64,000 bases of DNA from an uncultured virus (IMG/VR IMGVR_UViG_3300044724_003561) (taxonomy: Duplodnaviria; Heunggongvirae; Uroviricota; Caudoviricetes), in the IMG/VR virus record IMGVR_UViG_3300044724_003561; one strand, given 5' to 3'. The notes under the pieces are model-generated. The model worked only from the letters and a program-made list of their open reading frames with translations, searched no databases and was not told where the DNA came from. Both the position numbers and the translations under genes were made by a program. Positions 8,815 to 19,691 of the stretch are shown here, piece after piece. Numbering within the stretch: position 1 is the stretch's first letter; every line of letters begins with the position of its first letter.

Positions 8815-9969
8815 ATGGCAAAACAAACAATAAACATCGGATCAATCGCAAATGACGGCACAGGTTCAACACTTCGAGCCGCTGGTGATTTAGTTAATGA
8901 TAATTTCAATGAAATTTATGCAGCAATAGGTGATGGAACTACTTTAACAGATATATTAGCTGCTGGTTATATTACAGCTTCTAGTACATCTACTTTAACA
9001 AACAAGTCAGGTAATATATCTCAATGGACAAATGACTCAGGTTATCTAACTTCAATTTCCGAAACTAACGATTTAACATCATCAGTAACTTGGGCAAATG
9101 TTCCTGACGCAAACATAACTCAAAGTTCAGTAACACAACATCAAGCCGCTTTATCAATAACAGAGTCACAAATTAGTGATTTACAAAGTTACATAACTGC
9201 AGGTTCAACAACAACACTCACTAATAAAACTTTTGACGCAAATGGTACAGGTAACTCAATATCAAATATTGAAGTTGCTGATTTAGCGTCTGGTGTTTTA
9301 GATACAGATATAACCACAGTTTCATCTTTAGATAATACTCTTGCATCAGCAAAAGCAATTAAAACTTATGTTGATAATATTGCTGCTGCTGGTATTCATT
9401 ATCATACAGCAGTAAGAGTAGAGTCTCCAATAAATTTAAATGCTTCATATGATAACGGTACTTCAGGTGTAGGTGCAACTTTAACTAACACAGATACTTT
9501 AGCAGCCATTTCAATTGATGGTATTGCTTTATCTTTAAATGATAGAGTTTTAATTTACAATCAAACAAATGCAGCTCACAATGGTGTATATTATGTATCA
9601 ACTGTTGGTGATGGTGCAACTGCTTGGGTATTAACAAGAACAACAGATACAGATAGTTACGGTGCTTCTGATCCAGATTCTTTAGGAGAAGGTGACGCTT
9701 TCTTTGTAAAAGAAGGTAATACAGGTGCTGGAGAATTATATGTAATGAATACTAGTGGTACAATTACATTTGGCACTACAAATATTACATTTTCTGTAAT
9801 TGCCGAAACAGCAGTATATTCAGCAGGTCAATCTTTAACACTATCTGGAACAGAATTTTCAGTAACAGCAGGTTCTATCAGTTCTACACAGTTAACAAGT
9901 GCCGTTACTTTAGAAATATTAGATTCAACAGGATCAGCAGTTAAAACAATAATAGGAGCAGGATCATAA
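8815..9969 (+). CDS. Baseplate-attached fibre protein with gp9/gp10-like N-terminus
   Basis: KQTINIGSIANDGTGSTLRAAGDLVNDNFNEIY is a gp9/gp10-type motif; TLTNK repeats; DRVL..Q.....NGVY fibre domain. Confidence 0.75.
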   Translation: MAKQTINIGSIANDGTGSTLRAAGDLVNDNFNEIYAAIGDGTTLTDILAAGYITASSTSTLTNKSGNISQWTNDSGYLTSISETNDLTSSVTWANVPDANITQSSVTQHQAALSITESQISDLQSYITAGSTTTLTNKTFDANGTGNSISNIEVADLASGVLDTDITTVSSLDNTLASAKAIKTYVDNIAAAGIHYHTAVRVESPINLNASYDNGTSGVGATLTNTDTLAAISIDGIALSLNDRVLIYNQTNAAHNGVYYVSTVGDGATAWVLTRTTDTDSYGASDPDSLGEGDAFFVKEGNTGAGELYVMNTSGTITFGTTNITFSVIAETAVYSAGQSLTLSGTEFSVTAGSISSTQLTSAVTLEILDSTGSAVKTIIGAGS

Positions 9970-9980
9970 TAGATTTTGAT

Positions 9981-9988
9981 TATAAATA
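9981..9988 (+). promoter_or_regulatory. T4-type late promoter
   Basis: TATAAATA upstream of gp8. Confidence 0.75.
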
Positions 9989-10003
9989 TAAAGAGGAATA
10001 ATA

Positions 10004-11500
10004 ATGCCAGCAATAATAACAAACAAATTTAGAATGAACAATGCGGAACAGTTTCAGGAATCATTTTCTGAAGCTTCCCCAACAGTTTACTACTTAGGAA
10101 TAGGTAGAGCACAAGAATTTGGTACTTTAACAAGACCAGATGGTAGAACAGACTACGAAGGTACAGAAACAGCACCTACTACACCAGGTGATAGTGTACT
10201 AAATGAATTTAAAAACTATGATGATCTGCTGGCTGCAAAAAAGATCACAGGTTCAGACGTTTCATTTGTTATTCCTAGAAGAAACTGGACATCAGGTACA
10301 ACATACGATATTTACAGACACGATTACGAGGAGTTTGTAACAGGTAGCACATCAACAAGGATTACATCAAATAGTGGTGCAACAACTTTGTTTGACTCTA
10401 CTTTTTATGTAATAACTTCAGACAGAAACGTTTACAAGTGTTTAGACAATGATGGTAATACTACTTCGACAGTAGAACCAACAGGTACTGGTACAACTTT
10501 AATTACAACTGGTGATGGATACAAGTGGAAATATATGTACACTTTATCGGCGTCACAACAATCAAATTTCTTATCAACTGACTTTATGGCAGTTTCAACT
10601 GACTCAACTATATCATCAGCTGCTGTTGATGGCGCACTAGACGTAGTAAAAGTTAAAACTGGTGGATCAAGTTATACAGTTTCAGGTGGTGGTACATCAG
10701 GAACAATAACTGCTGTACCAATTAGAGGTGATGGTAGTGGTGGTGTTTGCTCTGTAACTTTAACTTCAGGCGCTATAACTGCTGTATCTATAACAACCTC
10801 TGGTACAGGTTACACTTCAGGTTATATTAGAAATGCTGACATACTTGCAGCTACAAATGCTGGTGGTGCTGGGTCAGGTGCAGAATTAGACGTAATCATT
10901 CCACCAAAAGGTGGTCATGGTTTTAACGCTGTAGAAGAATTAGGTGGATTCTTTGTTATGTTAAATACAACATTAGAAGGAACTGAAAGTTCTAACTCTG
11001 GTGATTTTACGGCTGCAAACGACTTTAGAAAAATTAGTTTAATTAAAAATCCAAACAACGCAGCTGGTTCGGCTGCTTCTGCAACAACATTAAGAGGCAC
11101 ATCTGCTGTTAAAATTAATACTTCACCCACTCCAGGAACATTTGTTGCTGATGAAGAAATTAATCAGGCAAGTACAGGTGCTGTAGGTAAAGTTGTTGAA
11201 TGGGATGCTACAAATAAAATTTTATATTATGTTCAGACTAGACACAATGGCGCTGGTGCTGATACAAATGGTAACGTTACTGCTTTTAGTGGTACAAATG
11301 TAATTACTGGACAAACATCTAGTGCTACAGGTACTCCTGAAAATACTACTTCAACTGTTAACAATGTTTCATTTACTTCTGGTTATGCTGCTCCTGAATT
11401 GAAACATGATACTGGAGAAATCTTATACGTTGAAAATAGAACAAAAATTGCAAGAGCGACTGACCAAACTGAAAATATCAAACTCATCATTGAGTTTTAA
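10004..11500 (+). CDS. gp8: Baseplate wedge subunit gp8
   Basis: VIPRRNW, VYKCLDN, DGYKWKYMY and GEILYVENR...QTENIKLIIEF motifs. Confidence 0.92.
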   Translation: MPAIITNKFRMNNAEQFQESFSEASPTVYYLGIGRAQEFGTLTRPDGRTDYEGTETAPTTPGDSVLNEFKNYDDLLAAKKITGSDVSFVIPRRNWTSGTTYDIYRHDYEEFVTGSTSTRITSNSGATTLFDSTFYVITSDRNVYKCLDNDGNTTSTVEPTGTGTTLITTGDGYKWKYMYTLSASQQSNFLSTDFMAVSTDSTISSAAVDGALDVVKVKTGGSSYTVSGGGTSGTITAVPIRGDGSGGVCSVTLTSGAITAVSITTSGTGYTSGYIRNADILAATNAGGAGSGAELDVIIPPKGGHGFNAVEELGGFFVMLNTTLEGTESSNSGDFTAANDFRKISLIKNPNNAAGSAASATTLRGTSAVKINTSPTPGTFVADEEINQASTGAVGKVVEWDATNKILYYVQTRHNGAGADTNGNVTAFSGTNVITGQTSSATGTPENTTSTVNNVSFTSGYAAPELKHDTGEILYVENRTKIARATDQTENIKLIIEF

Positions 11501-11516
11501 TAAAGGAAAATAAATT

Positions 11517-14500
11517 ATGCCAAGTCCAACTGATTTCAATGTCAGTCCTTACTATGACGATTTTACAGAGTCAAAAAAGTTCCATAGAGTTCTTTTTAGA
11601 CCTGCGTTTGCTGTTCAAGCTAGAGAATTAACTCAATCTCAAACACAATTACAAAATCAAATAGAAAGAATGTCAGATCACCTTTTTGATAAGGGATCAA
11701 TGGTCATTCCTGGTGAAATTGGTTACGATTTAAAATACTATGCTGTTAAGTTAACATCTAAATCTGCTTCAACTGTAGATAGTTATATTGACACTACACT
11801 AACAGGTGGTACTTCAGGCGTTACTGCTAAAGTTGTAAACGCTGTTGCTACAGACGGTACTGATCCAGATACACTATTCGTTAAATACGTGAATACTGCT
11901 TCTGATGGTGCACAAATTCCTTTTACACATGGTGAAACAATAACATCATCTAATACTTCAACAGCTGTTGTTGCTTCTTGTCATACAGGATCAGCTGCAC
12001 AGATTAAAGAAGGTGTATATTACATCAATGGTTTTCACGTTCAAGTATCTACACAAACTTTGATACTTGAAAAATATTCAGATACACCTAGTTATAGAGT
12101 TGGTTTATCAGTAACAGAATCTTTTGTCACACCTGGTGATGATACATCTCTAAACGATAACGCACAAGGCGTATCAAACTCAAACGCTCCTGGCGCTCAC
12201 AGATTTAAAATACTTTTAACATTAGGCAAAAAAGCATTAAACAATACTGAAGATAGTAACTTCTATGAATTGTTAAGATTGTCAAGTGGTGTATTACAAA
12301 ACCAAGTTAGAACAACTGAATACGCTGTATTAGAAGATACACTTGCTCGTAGAACATTTGACGAAAGTGGTGACTATGTTGTAAGACCTTTTGATATAGA
12401 TGTTAGAGAACATTTATCTTCAGGCAACAATAGAGGTATCTTTACATCATCAGCAGGTGGTGACGCAACTAAACTTGCAGTAGGATTCTCTCCTGGAAAA
12501 GCATATGTAAAAGGTTATGAGATAGACACAATCGCAACAACTTTTTTACCTGTAGATAAGGCAAGAGATTTTGACACACAAAATAATTTTAGTACTAGAT
12601 TTGATGTAGGTAACTTTGTAAACGTAACAAACGTTTATGGTTCTCCCGACATTTCAACTGCTTCAGGTGTAGAAGGATTTAAAGGTTTAACTTTACACAA
12701 TACAGCAACAAGTTCACGTGGTACTGCAAACACAGGATCAAGTTCAGGTATTACTACAATTGGTAGAGCAAAAAGTAGAGGCTTTGAATATTCTTCAGGT
12801 ACTGCTGCTTCAAACATATTTTCAAGTTCAAGTGTAACAAGTGCTGTTTATAAACATTATCTTTTTGATATAGTTTTATTTACACACTTAAATATTAAAA
12901 CTGCACAAGCATTTACAACAGGTGAAACTGTAACTGGTGGTACTTCAAGTGCTACTGCAACAGTTCAATCTGTATCTACTACAGAAAGTGCTACAATCAC
13001 AGGTGCAACAGCAGCTGATCCTGTAGTAGTTACATCTTCAAACAATTTTAAAGAAGGTCAACAAGTAACAATTACAGGCGTTAGTGGAATGACTGAATTA
13101 AATAATAACGTTTATACAGTTAGAAACCCATCGACATCAAATTTCGAGTTATATGACACAGACGGTACTACTTCAATTGATGGATCAGGATTTACCACTT
13201 ACACTTCAGGTGGTGCAGCTGCACACGGTGTAGTTATAGTATCAAACGTACAAGGTACTTTTGCTACTGGCGAAACAATAACAGGTGGCACATCAAGTAA
13301 CACAGCAGTTATTCAAGCAGACGCTGTTGGTTTAAAAGGTGTTACTGCATTTGATATACCACAAGTTAAACAAATTGCAATGGCAGGTTCGCCTACATTT
13401 ACTGCTGATACATCATTAGACGTTACAAATGGCGACAATGCAACATTAACAGGTACACTATCTATCGCAAATAGTGACACATCTGTAACAGGTTTCAACA
13501 CAAGATTTACATCTGAATTATTAGTTGGCGATTCAATATCATTTACTACAAACGGTGGTACCTCTTTAACTAGAATAGTTGAGGCTATCATTAGTGATAG
13601 TTCAATAACACTATCAGCTGCTGTTGGTGGATCAGACGTATCCACAAAAACAATTGCAACGAGAAGAAGAACAAAAATACAATCACCTGATAAAAATATT
13701 TCTATATTTAAACTGCCATATGAAAATATTAAAACATTAAAGACTACTGTAAATGGTAATGCTTCAGATACAACTTACACATTTAGAAAACACGAAATTA
13801 AAACACTAACTGGTGATGGTATCGCTACATTTTCTGCTGGTGTAAATGAAACATTTGCTGATTTATCAGAGACCGATTATACTATCTCAATTACAAGTAC
13901 AGGTTCTGGTGGATCAGGCGCTGTAGGAGATGTATTAAGTTTAACAGGTAACAACCATGAAGGTAGTGCTATATTTACATTGAATGGTGCTAAAACTACT
14001 TTGACAATTGACTTTGGTGCAAACTACGCTGCTCACAATATTAAAGCATTAATTACGTTAAACAAAACGGTAGGTACTTCGAAAACTAAAACACTTAACA
14101 GTAATGAAACACTTGCTGTATCTACACAGGCAACAATAGAGAGTGGTGTAATTAGTTTAGCAAAAGCAGATGTAATTGCTATCAATTCAATTTACATGGC
14201 ACCTGACTTTAGTACGGATGCAACAACATCACATACAGACGTTACAGATAGATTTGATTTAGATACAGGTCAAAGAGATAACTTCTATGATGTTGGTAGA
14301 ATAAAATTAAAAACTGGTGCGTTAACACCAACAGGTAGATTACTTGTAAACTTTAACTATTACTCTCATAGTGCAGGAGATTATTTTGATGTTGACTCAT
14401 ACTCAGCAATTAATTACGAAGACATTCCTGCTTACACTTCAAACAATACAGGTGTTAGATATGAATTAAGAGATAGTTTAGACTTTAGACCAAGAGTTGA

Positions 14501-17500
14501 TGACGCAAGTACAATCAATTCAGGTAACCAAGATAGATCATTTGATGATACTGGTAATTCAGTAGTACAACCTATCAAATTTAATTCAGACGTTAGATCA
14601 GACTTTGAATACTATTTAGGAAGAGTAGATAAAATATTTTTAGATAAAGATGGTAACTTTAAAGTATTAAAAGGCGCTAGTTCATTAGAACCAAGAGTAC
14701 CTGGTACATTAGATAACGCAATGCACCTATACACGTTGTTTTTACCTGCATATACATTGGATACATCCGAAGTTGGTATAGAACACGTTGACAACAAACG
14801 ATATACAATGAGAGATATTGGTAGAATAGAAAGAAGAATAGAAACTACAGAATACTATACTCAATTATCTCTACTAGAAACAGCTGCACAGAATTTACAA
14901 ATACAAGACTCAAATGGTTTTGATAGATTTAAAAATGGTTTCGTTGTAGATAACTTTACAGGTCACGGTATTGGTGATGTAGGAAATAACGATTACAAAG
15001 TTTCTATAGATTACGCAAACGGTGAGTTAAGACCTACATTCCATGAAGACGCTGTACAACTTATTGAAAGAGATGATGATGGTACTGCAATTACAGCTGA
15101 TGATAGAACAACACATAACTATCAAAAGACTGGCGACTTAATAACATTACCATATACTGAGGAAACATTAATAGATCAACCTTATGCAAGTAAGGCTATC
15201 AATGTTAACCCATTTGGTGTATTTACATGGATAGGTGCAATAGAATTAACACCTCCAGGTGATGAATGGAAAGAAACAGAAAGAGCACCTGAATTAGTTA
15301 TCAACAACCCTAATGGTAGTTGGGACAACTTAACTAAAAACTCTGGTAACTCTAATCAGTTATCTGAATTTCCTATGTCAACAGTTTGGAATTCATGGCA
15401 AGATACATGGACAGGAAGACCTATTGAAACAGAAAGAAAAAATGTAGGTACATATAAGAAAAGAGGTGGTCATGGTTGGAGAGTAATTGCAAAAGAAGAA
15501 GTAACTACTGCTCAACAAGTATCACAAACAAGAACAGGAATTAGAGCAGTTGCTGTACCTGAAACAGTAAGAACATCTATCGGTGATAGAGTTGTTTCAG
15601 TTGCATTTGTTCCTTTTATTAGAAGTAGAACATTAACATTTACTGCAACAAGATTAAAACCTAATACAAGAGTTTATCCATTTTTTGATAATATAGACGT
15701 TACTGCATATGTAACTCCAGACGGCGGTGCATTAGGTGGTAATTTAGTTACAGACGCTAATGGTAAGGTTGAAGGTACATTTGCAATACCTGATCCTAAA
15801 ACAAATTCAAATCCTAGATGGAGAACAGGTCAAAGATTATTCAGATTAACAAGTTCATCTTCAAACAGTTTAACAAACGCAAACGTAGAAACGGCTGCAA
15901 ACGTTGAATATGTTGCAAGAGGTCTATTAGAAACAGTAAGAGAAACTATTATTTCAAGTAGAGAAGCTCGTGTTGAAATGAGAAGTGTTACAGAAAGTCA
16001 AAGTATTACTAGAACATCCACAAGAACGGAAGAAAGACAAGTTGGTTACCATGACCCACTTGCTCAAACTTTCTTAATTGATGATGAAGGTGGTGTATTC
16101 TTAACATCTTTAGATGTATTCTTTAGTACAAAAGACGCTGCGATACCAGTAACAGTTCAAATAAGAGATGTTGTAAATGGTTATCCAGGTCAGAAAATAT
16201 TACCATTCTCGGAAGTAACTTTAAATCCAAGTGCTGTTAATACAAGTACAGATGGTACAACTGCAACTAAATTTACATTTGCAAGTCCTGTTTACATACA
16301 ATCAAACGTTGAGTATTGTTTTGTTGTAATGGCAAACTCACAAGACTACAATGCTTATGTGGCAAGAATAGGTGAAACATCTTTAGATACAAATAGAACA
16401 ATATCTGCTCAACCATATGCTGGTGTATTATTTAAATCACAGAATGGTATGACATGGTCTGCTGAACAAAATGAAGATATGAAATTCAAATTAAGAAGAG
16501 CAGAATTTAGTAACGTAACTGGTACAGTTACATTAACTAACGATACATTAGGAACAAGAACACTTAAAAATAATGCTTTAAGAACAACAAATGGTTCTAA
16601 AGTAATTAGAGTATTCCATCCTAACCATGGTATGCACGGTACAAGTAATAACGTTACAATCGCTGGTGTACCTAGTGGTTCACACAATGGTCTTGCACAC
16701 TCTGATATTAATGGAACATATACAAGTATTTCAAATGTAACTTTAGATAGTTACGATATTACATCTCCAAGTTCAACAAATGCTACTGCAACAGGTGACA
16801 TCGGTGGTACTGCTATTACAGCAACACAAAATAGATTGTTTGATGTATTAAATTTAGGTGGTATTCAAATAGTAACTTTACCTGATACAAATATTGATTA
16901 CTTTGTAAGAACAACAACTGGTAGATCAGTACATGGATCAGAAACAGAATTTACATTAACATCAGCAACAAATAAACTTGCTGTAATTAATAACGACAAT
17001 ATTGCTTTCACAGCACCTCAAATGGTTGCAAGTGAAATAAATGAGTCAGGAGATACTGTATTAGGTGTTGCAGCAAAAGGTGTTGGCAAATCTTTCTATA
17101 CAATATTAGAAATGACAACTACAAATACTAAACTTTCTCCTGTATTAGATACTCAAAGAATGAGTGCATTTACAATTTCAAATAGATTAAATAATCCTAC
17201 AAGTTCTAACACACCTGATTTTGTTAGTGATACAACAAATACAGGAACATCATCAGCTGCTGTTTATTGTACTAAACCAGTATTGCTAGAAAACAACTCA
17301 AAAGCGTTAGACATTAGATTAACTGCAAACATAAGAGCAACATCTGAAGTTGAAATGTACTTTAGAGCTGCAACAGATGGCGACAAACTAGATGATTTGA
17401 GTTGGACACCTTTCAATACAGATGGTAGTTCAGACTCATCTATTGTACCTGCTGAAGATGATACAACATTTAAAGAATACAAATATACAGCAAGTGATAT

Positions 17501-17603
17501 AAATGACTTTACTGCCTTTCAAATTAAAATAGTTATGAAAGGAAGTAATTCATCATATCCACCTGTATTAAGAGATATGAGAGGAATAGCACTGGCGGTA
17601 TAA
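11517..17603 (+). CDS. Large virion structural protein (DUF4815/VrlC-like)
   Basis: PYYDDF...VLFRP...QARELTQ N-terminus, GKAYVKGYE, RFKNGFVVDNF, DPLAQTF; 2028 aa. Confidence 0.85.
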   Translation: MPSPTDFNVSPYYDDFTESKKFHRVLFRPAFAVQARELTQSQTQLQNQIERMSDHLFDKGSMVIPGEIGYDLKYYAVKLTSKSASTVDSYIDTTLTGGTSGVTAKVVNAVATDGTDPDTLFVKYVNTASDGAQIPFTHGETITSSNTSTAVVASCHTGSAAQIKEGVYYINGFHVQVSTQTLILEKYSDTPSYRVGLSVTESFVTPGDDTSLNDNAQGVSNSNAPGAHRFKILLTLGKKALNNTEDSNFYELLRLSSGVLQNQVRTTEYAVLEDTLARRTFDESGDYVVRPFDIDVREHLSSGNNRGIFTSSAGGDATKLAVGFSPGKAYVKGYEIDTIATTFLPVDKARDFDTQNNFSTRFDVGNFVNVTNVYGSPDISTASGVEGFKGLTLHNTATSSRGTANTGSSSGITTIGRAKSRGFEYSSGTAASNIFSSSSVTSAVYKHYLFDIVLFTHLNIKTAQAFTTGETVTGGTSSATATVQSVSTTESATITGATAADPVVVTSSNNFKEGQQVTITGVSGMTELNNNVYTVRNPSTSNFELYDTDGTTSIDGSGFTTYTSGGAAAHGVVIVSNVQGTFATGETITGGTSSNTAVIQADAVGLKGVTAFDIPQVKQIAMAGSPTFTADTSLDVTNGDNATLTGTLSIANSDTSVTGFNTRFTSELLVGDSISFTTNGGTSLTRIVEAIISDSSITLSAAVGGSDVSTKTIATRRRTKIQSPDKNISIFKLPYENIKTLKTTVNGNASDTTYTFRKHEIKTLTGDGIATFSAGVNETFADLSETDYTISITSTGSGGSGAVGDVLSLTGNNHEGSAIFTLNGAKTTLTIDFGANYAAHNIKALITLNKTVGTSKTKTLNSNETLAVSTQATIESGVISLAKADVIAINSIYMAPDFSTDATTSHTDVTDRFDLDTGQRDNFYDVGRIKLKTGALTPTGRLLVNFNYYSHSAGDYFDVDSYSAINYEDIPAYTSNNTGVRYELRDSLDFRPRVDDASTINSGNQDRSFDDTGNSVVQPIKFNSDVRSDFEYYLGRVDKIFLDKDGNFKVLKGASSLEPRVPGTLDNAMHLYTLFLPAYTLDTSEVGIEHVDNKRYTMRDIGRIERRIETTEYYTQLSLLETAAQNLQIQDSNGFDRFKNGFVVDNFTGHGIGDVGNNDYKVSIDYANGELRPTFHEDAVQLIERDDDGTAITADDRTTHNYQKTGDLITLPYTEETLIDQPYASKAINVNPFGVFTWIGAIELTPPGDEWKETERAPELVINNPNGSWDNLTKNSGNSNQLSEFPMSTVWNSWQDTWTGRPIETERKNVGTYKKRGGHGWRVIAKEEVTTAQQVSQTRTGIRAVAVPETVRTSIGDRVVSVAFVPFIRSRTLTFTATRLKPNTRVYPFFDNIDVTAYVTPDGGALGGNLVTDANGKVEGTFAIPDPKTNSNPRWRTGQRLFRLTSSSSNSLTNANVETAANVEYVARGLLETVRETIISSREARVEMRSVTESQSITRTSTRTEERQVGYHDPLAQTFLIDDEGGVFLTSLDVFFSTKDAAIPVTVQIRDVVNGYPGQKILPFSEVTLNPSAVNTSTDGTTATKFTFASPVYIQSNVEYCFVVMANSQDYNAYVARIGETSLDTNRTISAQPYAGVLFKSQNGMTWSAEQNEDMKFKLRRAEFSNVTGTVTLTNDTLGTRTLKNNALRTTNGSKVIRVFHPNHGMHGTSNNVTIAGVPSGSHNGLAHSDINGTYTSISNVTLDSYDITSPSSTNATATGDIGGTAITATQNRLFDVLNLGGIQIVTLPDTNIDYFVRTTTGRSVHGSETEFTLTSATNKLAVINNDNIAFTAPQMVASEINESGDTVLGVAAKGVGKSFYTILEMTTTNTKLSPVLDTQRMSAFTISNRLNNPTSSNTPDFVSDTTNTGTSSAAVYCTKPVLLENNSKALDIRLTANIRATSEVEMYFRAATDGDKLDDLSWTPFNTDGSSDSSIVPAEDDTTFKEYKYTASDINDFTAFQIKIVMKGSNSSYPPVLRDMRGIALAV

Positions 17604-17604
17604 G

Positions 17605-17826
17605 ATGAGCAAATTAAGAGTAGAAGGATTTTCTGGACTAGTAAGAGATACCAACTCAAATGCCATCGTTAACGTAAATAAAAGTGAATTTCAATTGTAT
17701 ATGTCACGTCACAAGACTAGACAAAAACAAGGTGATGAGTTAAGAGGAGCAATAAAAGAAATAAATACTTTAAAACAAGAATTGTTTGAAATAAAAAGAT
17801 TAATAAAAGAGGTAATTAAAAAGTAA
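17605..17826 (+). CDS. Small coiled-coil hypothetical protein
   Basis: VEG...LVRD..SNAIVN N-terminus; tightly packed after the DUF4815-like gene. Confidence 0.75.
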   Translation: MSKLRVEGFSGLVRDTNSNAIVNVNKSEFQLYMSRHKTRQKQGDELRGAIKEINTLKQELFEIKRLIKEVIKK

Positions 17827-18656
17827 TGGCTGCACGACAAATAACTGCTACACAAACATTAGAAGACTTTAGAACACAGTTTAATGCTCTATCGGCTGAT
17901 GATTTTGGTGATATTGCTACGTTAGATTCTGGTTTAACCGCAACGTCTGTAATAGGCGCTGTTAATGAATTATACGCTGCGATTGCTGGTGCATTATCTT
18001 TTACAGTTTCAGATGGCTCAAGTACTCAAACACTTGTAAATGGAAATACGTTATTATTTAATGGTACAGCAAATCAAATTGCAGCAACGGTATCAGCAAC
18101 AGATACGGTTACATACGCATTAACCGATGATGTAACAATTGCTGGTGAGTTTACTGCTTCAGGCACAGGTGCTCACACATTAGGTGAGTTATCATTTACA
18201 GGCAGTACAATTGCAAGTTCAGGCTCTACTATCACAATGAGTGATGATGTAACAATGCCTGCAACTAAAACGCTAACTGTTGATAAGATTTCAAGTAATC
18301 AATCATTTGTTGATTTCGGAACTAAAAACGTATCAACTGACGGATTCTTCTACACATCATTAGCAAGTGGAGGTCTGATATTTGAAGGAACAACAGCAGA
18401 CGCACACGAAACTATAGTAACTGTTGTAGACCCCACAGCAGATAGAACAATCACTTTGCCTAATGTGACAGGAACAGTTATAACTACTGGCGATACAGGT
18501 ACTATCGTTGGTTCTATGATTGCAAACGACACTATAGGTGAGGTAAATATAGCTGATGATGCCATAGGGCAAGATCAACTAAAAAGTGTAGTAACCTTGC
18601 AGATTTTAAATTCTAGTGGCGTTGTTGTTAAAACAATGTACGCTGCAGGTGCATAA
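17826..18656 (+). CDS. Short fibre/whisker-like virion protein
   Basis: TLEDFRTQFN N-terminus; FEG...[11 protein letters not shown] module shared with the downstream fibres. Confidence 0.7.
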   Translation: MAARQITATQTLEDFRTQFNALSADDFGDIATLDSGLTATSVIGAVNELYAAIAGALSFTVSDGSSTQTLVNGNTLLFNGTANQIAATVSATDTVTYALTDDVTIAGEFTASGTGAHTLGELSFTGSTIASSGSTITMSDDVTMPATKTLTVDKISSNQSFVDFGTKNVSTDGFFYTSLASGGLIFEGTTADAHETIVTVVDPTADRTITLPNVTGTVITTGDTGTIVGSMIANDTIGEVNIADDAIGQDQLKSVVTLQILNSSGVVVKTMYAAGA

Positions 18657-18668
18657 ATAGTATAAATA
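18652..18668 (+). promoter_or_regulatory. Tandem late promoter motifs
   Basis: CATAAATA 18652-18659 and TATAAATA 18661-18668. Confidence 0.7.
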
Positions 18669-18723
18669 AGTAAAGAGAGGTACTTACTGAAAGACGTGGT
18701 ACCAGATAAAAAATGGAGAAATT

Positions 18724-19665
18724 ATGGCAGTAAGAAAACCTTTATATGTAGATTCAGGTAATCTACGAGAGATGGACACTACTATGGTCGGACAGATCAT
18801 AGATCAGGCTGTCTATCAATATTCATTGAGTCCTAGTGTAGCATTATCTGTTGTCGGTTCGGGTGGTTCACTTGCGGCAATTAACGACACAAGAAAACAA
18901 GCGGGTGCTCAATCAACAAGTACAACTTCAACACCAACTGAAGCTACTACAGCAGAACCAAGTACTGTTACAGTTACTTACGATAAAGTATCTGAAACTA
19001 GAACAGCAGGATCACCTACGTCTGATACTGGTAAAACTTGGCCTGTGTATTACAACACATCTGGTCAGATACAAGCAATGAATTTAACGGATGTAAAAGA
19101 TACATTTTTACACCCAGCAATTGATCTATTGGCTTCAGGATCAACAACCACTCAACAAGGTGGAACTTATCACGTTTCAACAAGTGCTTCGATTGCTGGA
19201 TCAACTGAAGTATCAGGATCATCAACACCAATCTTTATAGATACTAGAGCAGATACATCTCTCTACACAGCAAGTGAAATTCCTGAAACGCTTGACCAAC
19301 CTACAACTGTTACAAACTATTATTTACAAAGAATTACTGGTTCTCAAATTACATATACTGAACCATATTTTTTAGATGGTTCTAATAACATCAAAGAATT
19401 TACAGCATCTGCTTTTGATACATTGTTACAAGAATGGATGAAGTACACAGCAGTATCATCTGGAGATGGTTACTCTTTAAGTTATAACATTGGTACTTCG
19501 GGCTCTGGTAATACTAGAGGTTCTGGTATGGTTGATACTATATTAGATGGTTCTGGTAACTATCAAACATTATTTGTAAACGTTGATGACTATAGAGCAC
19601 AGGAATTTCCAAATGGATCTGCAACTACAGCTGCAACATATTATTTAAGAATACATAAGTCTTAA
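18724..19665 (+). CDS. Virion structural protein (putative fibre tip/cap)
   Basis: Thr/Ser-rich 313 aa; repeated P-x-Y/F-x-D/N-x-x-x-N/Q-I/L-x-E/A motif; late promoter and SD GGAG. Confidence 0.6.
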   Translation: MAVRKPLYVDSGNLREMDTTMVGQIIDQAVYQYSLSPSVALSVVGSGGSLAAINDTRKQAGAQSTSTTSTPTEATTAEPSTVTVTYDKVSETRTAGSPTSDTGKTWPVYYNTSGQIQAMNLTDVKDTFLHPAIDLLASGSTTTQQGGTYHVSTSASIAGSTEVSGSSTPIFIDTRADTSLYTASEIPETLDQPTTVTNYYLQRITGSQITYTEPYFLDGSNNIKEFTASAFDTLLQEWMKYTAVSSGDGYSLSYNIGTSGSGNTRGSGMVDTILDGSGNYQTLFVNVDDYRAQEFPNGSATTAATYYLRIHKS

Positions 19666-19674
19666 TAGACTTAT
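19655..19674. terminator. Short stem-loop at the left island boundary
   Basis: ATAAGTCT-taat-AGACTTAT 8-bp inverted repeat; overlaps a TATAAATT variant; no U-tract. Confidence 0.3.
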
Positions 19675-19691
19675 AAATTATATTATGAATT

